Shown: positions 29,264 to 41,365 of the stretch, piece after piece | How the letters are laid out: every line of letters starts with the position of its first letter | Position numbering within the stretch: the stretch's first letter is position 1 | The notes under the pieces: generated by a model | Database searches by the model: none | Seen by the model: only the letters and a program-made list of their open reading frames with translations | What the model was told of the DNA's origin: nothing | Assembly: GCA_050613775.1 (NCBI GenBank) | Contig: JBODTK010000116.1 | Span: 434,001 to 498,000, forward strand | Source of the DNA: Neocallimastix sp. 'constans' | Lineage: Eukaryota | DNA length: 64,000 bases | Reading direction: 5' to 3' | Translations under genes and position numbers: made by a program

Positions 29264-29498
29264 TAAGAATTTCTTTTGAATTTTAGATATTAGTTTTTAT
29301 TTTGTTTCATGCTAGATAAACAAAATAAGAACACCCTTAATTTAATATTTATAATGTATAATTTATTTTATATATATATTTATATATATATTTATAAAAA
29401 AATGTAATTAAAAATAATTATATAAAAAAAAAATATATATTTATACATATATATACATATATATACATACATAAAAAAGAAACACAAAATATGCAAAA

Positions 29499-29530
<32 letters not shown>

Positions 29531-29836
29531 AAAAGTTTTTTACAATAGCAAATTATTAAAAATGTAAAAAAGCATATATATATATATTTATATATTTAAT
29601 GAAAAAATTATAATAAAATATTTAAAATAAAGTAATAATAAAATTAATTATTTATAATATATTATTATTAATAAGGATTAATTATCATTATTATGTTTAT
29701 TATATAGGTTTTGATAGTTAATATATATATGTATGATGATAGTATATTGATATATGTTGATAAGTTTGTCTCATATTTTTGTATGTTTTTGCTATTGTTA
29801 TAAATATTTTATATTTATAACTATTTTTATGATTAT

Positions 29837-30604
29837 TATGTTTTTAATCATTATTATGTTTATCATGTTTGTAACTTATTATTTCAGTATTATATTTCAC
29901 CTGAGGAGCGTACCACCAGAAATGGTATCCCTGAGGGAGTATTACTATCAACACTTCTCTTAGTACAGGTTATATAACTTTCTTCTTGGTGGAAGGGATG
30001 CATATATAATAGATTTAAATTATAAAAAGGAATGGAATATTTTGTATAAGAACCAAATCCATTTCTAGTGACTATTCTAAAACGCCATTCTTGGGTGCGA
30101 TCTGCGTCTCTCTTTTATAGAAATTATGCCTAGGGCTAGTACTCAGCAAGAGTTACTATTCCGATGGTATAAGCGCAAACTAACCAGGAGCGTCAATGCT
30201 GAAAATGCAGTAAGACAGGCTATACAGGACCAACGCCTCTGATGAGATGAGAAGGAAGAAGAAAGATCACCGTTTCTTTTCAAATAATCAATTCAAACCC
30301 TAATCCAGGAATAAGTAATATGGAGGTGAGGTTCGTTGCCTATGAACTTTGAACTTTTTTTCTGAATTTATTTATACACTTTATTTTGAATATTCCTTTT
30401 TTTTTTATTTTCAATTTTCATGTTTACTATTTTAAATATTATTATGTTCAAATTGGACAAATAATATTTATTTTTTTTATTTTTTAATTAATTTTTTTTT
30501 TTTTTTTTGTTTTTGTTTTAAAAAAAAATAAAAAATAATTCATGTAATTAATAAGCAAATAAAATAAATAAAGATTGAAGTTCGCAATAATTTCAACTGT
30601 AAAA
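29837..30604 (+). repeat. Copy 1 of a ~770-bp direct repeat (3' end of LINE family A plus flanking DNA)
   Basis: Matches 32089-32877 from TATGTTTTTAATCATT to TTTCAACTGTAAAA with about ten substitutions and small indels. Contains degenerate ORF2 C-terminus (YNFLLGGRD...IEIMPRASTQQELLFRWY...RSVNAE). Confidence 0.93.
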
Positions 30605-32045
30605 ATTTGGGATGGTGACTTTCCTAATGAATGGAACTCTGCTTCTATTGTTTCTATTCCTAAAAAAGGGGATCTTTCAGATTGTAATAATTATCGTGGT
30701 ATTTCACTCATCAATGTAGGTTTAAAAATTCTATCAAAAATTGTCACTAAAAGAATATCGGACTATGCTTTTTCTAATGAAATAATTAGACCAGAACCGT
30801 TTGGTTTTAGAAATAAAGAAGAATGTATTAGTTTATTTGTATCCATTCGTGAAATTTGTCAAAGAAGAAAATTTAAGGATAAATTTACCTTTCTTGCCTT
30901 TCTTGACCTTAAAAAAGCTTATGATTCAGTTCCAATTTACAATATACTTACTAAACTAAATAATCTTGGTATTCGTGGTAAATGCCTTCAATTCATTACT
31001 AATCTATACCTTACCTCGAAAGCTCGTGCAAACTTTAATGGTAAACTTTCAAAAGAATTTCCAATATACCGTGGTGTTCGCCAAGGGTGTCCTCTCTCTC
31101 CTATTTTATTCAATATATTTATCAATGATATTTTTGATAAATGTAAAAGTTATGGTGTGATTACTGAAAAGAAAAAGTGTTGTGGTGGATTATTTGCTGA
31201 TGATATTGTATTATTAGCTCCTACAAAATCTTCACTTAAAAACCTTTTGAATATTGCTCATGATTGGGGTATTAAAAATGAAATGACCTTTGGAATCAAT
31301 AAATGCGCTACACTAGTTGTTAAACCAAAGAATTTTATACCTTCAAGACATTATGAAAATCCTACATTTAGACTTGGTATGAACTATATACCAAACACTA
31401 ATCAATATACATATCTTGGTATACCTTTTAATGAATCGTTGGATTTAAAACCTATTATTGCTAAGATGAATAGTAAAATTAATTATACAGTTAACTCTTT
31501 CTTTAGATTTTTAACCAATAGGAATGTTCCTTTCTACTTTAAAACTCGTATACTAGTTTCTTTTGTCCTTAGTTCAGTTCTTTATTATGCTCCCTTACTT
31601 GGTTCAAATAAAAAGAATACTGAAAAAGCTCAAACTGTTTTTAATCGAGGGAAAGAAGGCGATTTATTAATAATATTTTTCAATCACCTTCGAACGAGTC
31701 TTCTTTCCCGATTTCATATTTTGTGGGGCTTGCGGAATTCCTTACTAATGTTATGCCTATTGTGATTGGTGATTTTTACACCATGATCGATTTGTATAGT
31801 GTTAGACCTACCGTTGTCAAGAGCGTCGACGTCGTAACGATAAGGCAAAGAAGAAATTCTGATACAGATTCGAATGATAATTTTCATCCACATGGAGTTA
31901 TCTTCGATGAATGGGAAGAGTTAGAGGCCATTTCGTCCTCGAATCTCATAACGTAGTTTTTTAATATTAATATAAAAAAAAATTTCATGTATTTAAACTT
32001 CATGTATTTTTTATAAAAATATTATTAAATAAAGTTTATTCCTAG

Positions 32046-32088
<43 letters not shown>
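30605..32088 (+). mobile_element. 5'-truncated, internally deleted LINE (family B) reverse-transcriptase fragment with poly(A) tail
   Basis: RT motifs IPKKGDLSDCNNYRGISL, FLDLKKAYDSV, GVRQGCPLSPILFNIFIND, LFADDIVLL, YTYLG. Jumps at ~31650 to the ORF2 C-terminus (MPIV...KSVDV). Ends CCTAGTCT plus ~40 A. Confidence 0.93.
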
Positions 32089-32091
<3 letters not shown>

Positions 32092-32877
32092 GTTTTTAAT
32101 CATTATTATGTTTATCATGTTTGTAACTTATTATTTCAGTATTATATTTCCCCTGAGGAGCGTACCACCAGAAATGGTGTCCCTGAGGGGGTATTACTAT
32201 CAAAACTTCTCTTAGTACAGGTTATATAACTTTCTTCTTGGTGGAAGGGATGCCGATATAATAGATTTAAATTATAAAAAGGAATGGAATATTTTGTATA
32301 AGAACCAAATCCATTTCTAGTGACTATTCTAAAACGCCATTCTTGGGTGCGATCTGCGTCTCTCTTTTATAGAAAAAAAAAAAAAAAAAAAAAATCTTTT
32401 ATAGAAATTATGCCTAGGGCTAGTACTCAGCAAGTGTTACTATTCCGATGGTATAAGCACAAACTAACCAGGAGCGTCAATGCTGAAAATGCAGTAAGAC
32501 AGGCTAAGCAGGACCAACGCCTCTGATGAGATGAGAAGGAAGAAGAAAGATCACCGTTTCTTTTCAAATAATCAATTCAAACCCTAATCCAGGAATAAGT
32601 AATATGGAGGTGAGGTTGCCTATGAACTTTGAACTTTTTTTCTGAATTTATTTATACACTTTATTTTGAATATTCCTTTTTTTTTTTATTTTCAATTTTC
32701 ATGTTTACTATTTTAAATATTATTATGTTCAAATTGGACAAATAATATTTATTTTTTTTATTTTTTAATTAATTTTTTTTTTTTTTTTGTTTTAAAAAAA
32801 ATAAAAAATAATTCATGTAATTAATAAGCAAATAAAATAAATAAAGATTGAAGTTCGCAATAATTTCAACTGTAAAA
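32089..32877 (+). repeat. Copy 2 of the ~770-bp direct repeat
   Basis: Begins immediately after the family B poly(A). Carries an extra poly(A) insertion at 32373-32394 and a 4-bp deletion near 32613 relative to copy 1. Confidence 0.93.
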
Positions 32878-32910
32878 GAAAAAAAAATTTTATTAATTAC
32901 ATAAATAATT

Positions 32911-32963
<53 letters not shown>

Positions 32964-33015
32964 AAATAAATATTACTATATTTGTCCAATTTTGAACATA
33001 ATAATATTTATAATA

Positions 33016-33053
<38 letters not shown>

Positions 33054-33520
33054 TATTCAAAAATAAAGTGTTTAAATAAATTCAGAAAAAAGTTCAGAAA
33101 CAACGAAACTCATCTCCAAGATTATAAGATTTCTGTTAATTAAAGGGAACTTTAGATATTTTTTATCCAGAATTTTTGAGTTGACTAACGCATGATCAAA
33201 TATCTGATGACTATCTATCTCTAGTCCATAAAATAAGTGAACCCATTAATCCGAAGAATAAACTAGTTACGGTTGGTTAATTTATATATTGTAAATCAGC
33301 GGTGCTCACGTTAAAGTTTCCAAGAAGAATAGATAGATGATTAGTGTAATTCTGAAGCCATGTGAAAACCTCAGAGAATGCCTATCGGACTTGTAAAGTC
33401 TTAAACACAAGTTTTAGACTGAATCAATCACCTACATTTTTATTTCCATTTTACACTAGCTACATGAGTTTAAATAATACTATAGAAAAATACATATATA
33501 CAAAAATAATTGTTAAAGTA

Positions 33521-33554
<34 letters not shown>

Positions 33555-33773
33555 TATAATAGATTCATTACAATGATAATATGTAGAAACTCTGTGATAT
33601 TATTATTTATACAAGTCCAATTGTTACTACATATCCAGTATAAAACAATATAAAACACATCAGGTTCACTTCCTATAATCTTCCTACATTCCAAATTTTC
33701 TTCCTTTCGTACTAGAAGTCACTTAAGAAAGAATAATCATTGATTATCATCAGAATTACAGATATAAGGCTAG

Positions 33774-34959
33774 TTTTTTTTTTTTTTTTTTTTTTAGACT
33801 TAGAGAATAACTTTATTTAATTTATAATAATAATAAAATTACATGATTTAAATGAAAAAAAAAAAAAAATAAAATAAAAAAAAAAATAATAAAATACATG
33901 AAATGAAAATTTTATATATTATATAATTATATAATTATAAAAGTGCGTTAGAAGCAATAGTTTCTAACTTTTCCCATTCATCGATGATAACACCACATCC
34001 ATTATTAAGAGTAATAAATTCAGTATTAGTGTTATCACACAAATCTATAAAAGATCTTTCACCGAGAGGTGAAAATCTATGCCTTATCATTTCGACGTCG
34101 ACACTCTTAGCAACGGTACACTAACACCACAGCAAGGGCAACATTTAGGGAAATCTTCTGAGACTATTTTTCTTTTAATGGAAAAATACTCATGTCAAAT
34201 TTTAAAACCACACCTAATTCGAGAAATTCAAAAGAATCCTAATTGATAACTTAGGATATTGAAATGTTAAATCTTTTGATTTCTAAAATAAAATACAAAA
34301 TTCATTCTCCTTGTAAATAATTGCTTTTTTTTTTTTTTTTAGCTTTTGAGGGTTTGAAGATATCTTTTTCTCAATAAAACTTTTTTATTTCACTTGTTTT
34401 TTTTTTTTTTACCATTTAATTTCTTATCCAAAGTCCTTGATTCTTTAGTCCATGAGAAATGTGACAGTGACATAGTAGAAATATTATTAGTAAGATGATT
34501 AATAATACATAATGAGTTTTTCCATTTTCTAAAGCAGTGTCATTGAGATATAGCACAGATAGCTGAAAGAGGAAGGTATTCTCAATTCACGAGTAATATC
34601 ATAGAGACTAACATAAGAATTGCGAGATTTAAATCCATAGCTCCAATAAAATCCTCTATTAATAAATTTTTGAGCTTTTTTTTTAAGTATCTGCTCTTAT
34701 TTGAACCAGAGAGAGGAACATAATATAAAACAAGACTAAGAATAAAGGAAATTAAAATTTATTTCTTCAATGGGAGAGGAATAGATTTATTTATAAGAAA
34801 TCGAAAGTACGAATTTAGCTTAGATAGTTAAATTACTATTTAATTTAGATTGTATAGATTTCAATGATAAAGATTCATCAAGATAAGTATAGTTATCAGT
34901 TTTTGGTAATTTGGTATTACCAATAAAGAAAGATGGATCTTCGTAATTTATCGGTTTAA

Positions 34960-34962
<3 letters not shown>
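33774..34962 (-). mobile_element. 5'-truncated LINE family B-like copy with poly(A)
   Basis: T22 then AGACT (= AGTCT-polyA on minus). 3' UTR and C-terminus similar to 31800-32048. Degenerate ORF2 (YEDPSFFIG..LPKTDNYTYL, FRKWKNS, PKCCPCC, KSVDVE). Confidence 0.85.
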
Positions 34963-34993
<31 letters not shown>

Positions 34994-35471
34994 CAGGGAA
35001 GAGAATACACTTCCAAAACTTTATTAATTTTATTTTAAAAAATACATGTAGGTGAAAAGTACATTTGAAATTAAAAACAAAAAATTAAAAAATAAAAAAA
35101 TAAAAAAGCTCGAAAATACTATGTATTTCGGCAAAGTTGTACTATGCGGGAATTTTTCCCTTCCTAAAAAATAAAAAAGAAATAAAACCTAGAAGTAACA
35201 TCTTTAAAATAGATAGTGTGGTGTCCACTAAACTCTCCCCGGATTCATCATTTATTGAACTACTAGGGCAAGATTCATCCTTCGTAGAAATAGATGACGA
35301 TCCTGTATTATCATTATGCTTTATCAGTATGACGTCGACGCTCTTGGATAAGTTTGGTATTTTGCAATACCTATCAAATAATAGCTCAAACGAACTACTA
35401 ATGATAGGTATTGCACTTGTTTAACATAATTAATCGACTTTACAACAAGAGAAGTACACTTATTAATTCCA
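34963..35471 (-). mobile_element. 3' end of a third related LINE (family C) with poly(A)
   Basis: T28 then AGACAGGG (= CCCTGTCT-polyA on minus). Minus strand encodes ...PNLSKSVDVILIK, homologous to the family B C-terminus; 3' UTR differs. Confidence 0.78.
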
Positions 35472-36008
35472 ATATAAGGCTAAGTCCTTTTTCCTTCAAT
35501 GGACCTGAAAAATTATTCCATTTCATTGGGTTTCACGAATTGAAACAAATAAACTAAATACATTTATAAGAATATAAGTGTATATATATATATATTTCAA
35601 TGTATATATTGAAAATTAAATAAAACAATAAATAATAACATCATCTTATGATTGCTTTAAATAAAAAAAAAATAATAATAATAATAATAAATATAAACAT
35701 TATATTTTTCTTATAAAAAAGAAAAAATATTATTATAAATAACATTAAATTATAAATATATATACATAAATACAGCATATAGCATAAATGAATTATAAAC
35801 ACTTTTTATTATTATTATTAAAATATTTATTTTTATTTTTTTATGTAAATTTTTTTTTTTACTTTAATAATTATTATATATAATAATAACTATAAATAAG
35901 TATTCTAATTATATGAATATATATGATTTTTTTTTTATGATAATTACATAAATAAAATTATAATAAATTTTTAAAACTCCTTTTTCTTTTATTTTAATTA
36001 TTTATTTA

Positions 36009-36052
<44 letters not shown>

Positions 36053-36410
36053 ATAAATTTTAATTAAACTTTCCATTTATATCTATTAAACTATGGTTTT
36101 ATTAAAAATAAAAAATAAATTAGAAAAAAAAAAAAAAATAATAATAATAATAAATAAATTAATTAAAAAATTATTTTTATTTTATATAATCAATTTTTAA
36201 TTTAAATGATTATTATATAAATAAATATGTTTTAATATTAATAATCCTTTATAATAAAAAAGATTTTTTTTTTTTTAATGATTATTTAAATTTTTCTTTA
36301 ATATAAATTTTTACTATTATGTACTTTAAATTTGGTATTGTAGAAATTTTATTACTATTTATTTATTTTTTATCTTTTTCTTATTCTTTTTCTTTTCCTT
36401 CCTATTTTTT

Positions 36411-36442
<32 letters not shown>

Positions 36443-36590
36443 TTCTAATAAAAAGTTGATATATAATTTTATTTTATGCAATTTTTTTATTATATTTATT
36501 TGTTTTTTTGTTTTTGTTTTTGTTTTTTGTTGTTTGTTGTTTGTTGTTTGTTTTGTTTTCATCTATTCTATTCTATAATTTCATATTCTT

Positions 36591-38460
36591 TTAATGAACT
36601 TCTTTTAATGAACTTTCCAATACAATATTACCAGGAAGTTTCCGTAATATATTTTTTGGTGGTTTACTATTATATATATGTTCATCATTCGATGTATTTT
36701 GTGTTGATTTATTATAATATATATCATTATTATTTATAGATGAATTAGTAGATGAGAGCTTTTTCTTAATATTTATAATACTATTTATGGAATCATTATT
36801 TATAAATGTTGTTGAAGTAGAATTTTGCTTAGTACTAAAGGGGCTAACATATACCTTACCAGGAGAAGAAGATGAAATTAACATTTTCGTACCACTCTGT
36901 AATGGAGAATGTATTGAATTAATGGTATTTGAATAAACATATGGATTGTATTGACTATGTTGACTATGTTGACTATGTTGACTATGATGACTATGATAAC
37001 TATGATGACTATATAAATGATTTGGACTTGATTCATTCATCAATTTATTATAATTCATATTTGAACTATAATTCTCTTTACCATCATATAGTATACTATA
37101 TCTATCAACTGTACTATGCTGACTTAAACTTATGCTTTGTTTCTTATAATTTTTATTACTATTATTATTATTGTTATAACTACTTAAATTTTCCTGAATA
37201 TATTCATTAGGTTCAAATTCTTTTTCATCATAATTACTAATAGAAGTCAATGGATTTGTACTTGATACATTTAAGGTATTAAAACTCAATTTATTAATTC
37301 CATCATTTGTTAAATGATGATAATCTTTATCTAAAAGTTTTGGCAATGATTTTTCTAGATTATTTTGATCAATCTTTTCTTGTTGAATTACTAATTGATT
37401 ATGATCAAGATCAATGCGAAGTAATAGCATATCCACTAAAAAAATTATACCTAAATCCCCTTTAAGTCTCCATAATAATGTCCTAAACATATACCAAAAA
37501 TAATGAGTTCTTGGAATATGAACAGCAAATGAAAGACCAATGAAAATTAAGGATACTATACATTTACCATATTATTGTTTTGTGTTTAAAAAAAGTTAAT
37601 TACAATAAATATTGATTATAATATAATAATAAATAATAAATAATAGAGTTAATATTAATAATAATCATGTAATGTAATATTAAGAAGAAGAAAAAAAAAA
37701 AATAAAAATAAAAATAAAAATAAATAAATAAATAATAATTAAATATATTAAATAATTAAATATATTAATAATAAATATTAATAAATATAATTTTTTTTTT
37801 TTTTATTTTTTATTTTTTATATTTACCAAATGACATTCTTGTAAGTGTACTATGAAGAAGACTGTAGATAATATTTTTATTTTTTTTATCGGTTTCTTCA
37901 AGAAATTCTTTAACAATAAAGAAAATAAAAATTATGGACACAAGACCCAATGGGAAAAAGATAAATCCATGTAAAATATCCTTTTTTCTATTTAATTCGT
38001 CTTCATCTTCATAATCATTATCATGTTTATCTAAATAACTTAGATACAACCTTATACAAAATGAATAAATCAAAATGATGATCATAATAAAATTCCAATA
38101 CTTTTTTCTTAAGGATTTGATACAAGATCTAATTTTAATAAAATTAATATACATGTAACCCCATTCCGTTAAAGTCCAGAGAACACCTTCGATATATTTT
38201 AAATTATCATATTGTTTAGTTCTATAATTTATTTTTCTTGATAAGGTAACGATTATATTTAATGTAATAGCTAAAAATCCTGCCGTTGAACAATAAAAAA
38301 GATATTTCCAAACTTTTCCTCCACGTATACCAATACTAAAATAAGTAAATGATACTACTATCCAAGAAAAGAATGGATTAAAATATTGCGATCTTTCAAC
38401 AATATCTTGTTTTGTTACCAAAAATAAAGCAGAATATATTCTTGTATCTTGAAGACCCAT
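36591..38460 (-). CDS. Orphan 7-transmembrane (GPCR-like topology) protein with long low-complexity C-tail; exons 38460-37827, 37555-36591; ~532 aa
   Basis: A phase-1 GT-AG intron (37826-37556) joins the two track ORFs in frame (...TRMSF|VSLIFIGLSFAV...). Seven hydrophobic segments in the first ~260 aa; Ser/Asn-rich tail with (HSQ)n. Confidence 0.78.
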
Positions 38461-41332
38461 ATTAAATACTAATATATTTTATTTTTTATTTCTTTATTTT
38501 AAATTTAAGAAATTTATATTTATGCAATGGATATTTTTTTATTGTATGTATTCTATATAGATATATATAATTCTTTTAAATTAAATTCTTATTATTTATA
38601 AACTTTTTTTTATGTTTATTAATATTATTATTATAAATGTTTTTATTTTGAATATTAATATTATTTTGATTATTTATTAATAGATATATATATATGTATA
38701 TATCTATATAAATGTTTAATTGTAGTATATGAAAATTCGTATATATATATATATAATTTTGACTATATCTCTATTATTAAATATTCTTAATTGAATTTAT
38801 CAATATATTTTTTATTTTTCAAGTTCTTATAAATTAAAGAAATATACATTTTTACTGTAATTAAATTATATTAATAAATTTGATATTTATTAATGTTTTG
38901 CGTGATTATTGCAAACCTTTATTAATTTTTATAAGTCTTTTATTTTAGCTTCAATATTAACATAAACTTCTTTTTTAAAAAAAAAAAAAATATACAAACT
39001 ATATTTTTATAAAAATATATATAACTTTATTGTATAAACTGAAATTTTTTAAAATAAATATATTAATAATACAATGATAAGATTACAATGAAATAATGTT
39101 ATAATTACTAATTATGTTATCTTTTTCATACATATGAATATATATATATATATTTAATAATTATGAATATATTTTTTATTTTCAATTATTCAAATTATTA
39201 AAAATTATTCAAATATGAAATTCAATTATAACATTTTTTCTTAAGTACTATATTTATATTATTTATTTATTTACTTATTTATTTACTTATTTTCTAAGTA
39301 ATAGAATAGTTTTTTAATTTCTTTTTTTTTTTTTCAAGTTGAATTTAAAATAAATTATATATAAAATATAATTCGTAACTTCTTATACTTTATATATAAT
39401 TTATTTTATTTTTATTTTTTATTTTTTATTTTTTTTAATTAATATTATTTATAAAAAAAAAAGAAAATGAAAAAAAAAAAACATAAAAAGCATAAGACAT
39501 CCAACTACTTTATATAATAATTTTATTTTAAAAAAAAAAAAAAAAAAAAAAAATCTTTAAAATTTATAAATAATATAATAATAAATTATTATATGAAATG
39601 GTTAATATATTATAATGCATTATAAATAAATTATAACGATGATAACAAAATGTTCTTAATTTCTCTATTTATTTATTTATTTATTTATTTTTTTTTTTTA
39701 AATAATATTATTACTGTGAAATATATTAAAAGATGTGTAACAATAAATTCAATATATGATGCATTTGATATGATTTATACTTTAATATAATATCTTTACT
39801 TTTTTTTAACATTTTTGGAAAAAGTTTGTAATTATGAGCACTCTTTTTTAATTTTATAATAATACACAAATAAATTTAATTTATTATAAAAAAAATTTTT
39901 TATTGTATAACTTTTCAATTAAAAATGTTTTCATTTTTTTTTTTTTTTCTAATTTAAAAAATTATAAACTATAAATTATAAATTATAAAAATATATATAT
40001 ATCAACATATATATATATGTAATCCAATACATTTATTATTATGTCTTATTATTTGCCAACATACAGGCGAATTAATATTCTGTTAAGTATATAATGAATA
40101 CATACTTATTAATATTATATATATTATTACTTCCAAATTGGAATAGACAAAATGAGGGTATTATTATATTGATATTTATTTTAATATTATAAAAATAAAT
40201 TTTAATCAATAAAGCATAATTAAATTTAAATATATAAAATATAAATATATATTATATAAATATAAATATAAATATGAATATGAAATCCTCAAAACTTTCA
40301 AAATATAATTTAGTTTTAATTTTATTTATTCATAATTCATAAATGAATCGTTATAACTATTCATTATTAAATAAAGTTTGTTTCTTTAAAATAATAATAA
40401 TTAATAGATATTATATAATAAATAATATAAAAATATTAGATATTTAGATAATAACTTAATAGTTATAAAAAATAAATAATAATAATTAATAATTAATAAA
40501 TAGTAAATATTAAATAATATATAATATATATAATATATAATATATAATAAATAATAAATACCATTAAAATATTTTATTAATAGTATTAATAGTATTAATA
40601 AAATATAAAATATTTTAATGGTATTTATATTAATATTGCATTATTAAAATAATAATAAAATTCAACAATAGTAAAAAAAAAAAAAAAAAAACTAGTAAGA
40701 AATTACTAATAATGAGAAGTATCTAAAATGAATATAAAAAATTAATAACAATAAAATTGATTTTGTAACTTTTATAACCATAATTATTATTATTATTATT
40801 ATTATTATTAATTCAACGATAAATAATCAAAATGTAATAATATTATCAATTTAGAAATCTTTTATTGAATTATTTATAATGATTATGAAATCAATCTTGA
40901 ATATTATAGTTTTTTTTTGTTTGTTTGTTTGTTTGTTTGTTTTTTATATAGAATAATAATTATTAATTATTGTTCAATATCACAGGATTATTATTAACGC
41001 TTGCAATTATATTTTTTATTTGGAATAAAGTTTTCTTTACATGATATGATTTTTTTTTTTCAATTTAATCTATTTTAGAATTATGATACACTTAATGATA
41101 CAAATGAAAAAAAATAATATAAAATAAAATAATTAATAAATAAATAAATAAATAAATAAAATTATGAAATTCCAATAATTTATTTAGAAAGATATATTAT
41201 TAAACAAAATAATGATATATTTTATCATCTATATATTTATAAATAAAACAGCATCATATAAATTAGTAAAAATTAAGACTTTTTCAATAGTATTTTATTT
41301 AATATAATCTTTTCTTTTTTAAACCAGAAAAA

Positions 41333-41365
<33 letters not shown>

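Larger units (their letters stand above)
32890..35560 (-). mobile_element. Heavily deleted LINE family A copy, interrupted by a nested insertion at 33774-35471
   Basis: Reverse complement matches the family A 3' end (32890-33118), 10575-10830 including the GDFN region (33150-33396), 9610-9935 (33397-33762) and 9527-9592 (35472-35530). Confidence 0.82.

Noticed and set aside
30238..30280. CTGATGAG as a hammerhead core in family A (also ~32523)
   Set aside because: No stem II closing onto GAAA and no matching stems I/III.
30575..31765. Intact 396-aa RT gene, retron or domesticated RT
   Set aside because: The TTG start and first ~10 codons come from flanking repeat; the RT is 5'-truncated and the last ~38 aa are out of frame after a deletion.
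29837..32877. LTR retrotransposon (two long direct repeats around an RT)
   Set aside because: The RT is non-LTR type with a poly(A) tail. No TG...CA ends, PBS, PPT, gag or integrase, and the repeats are mostly another LINE's 3' end.
37455..37480. TM7 lysine (LWRLKGD) as a retinal-binding site, i.e. an opsin
   Set aside because: No DxxxK or other rhodopsin motif recognisable; one lysine is not enough.
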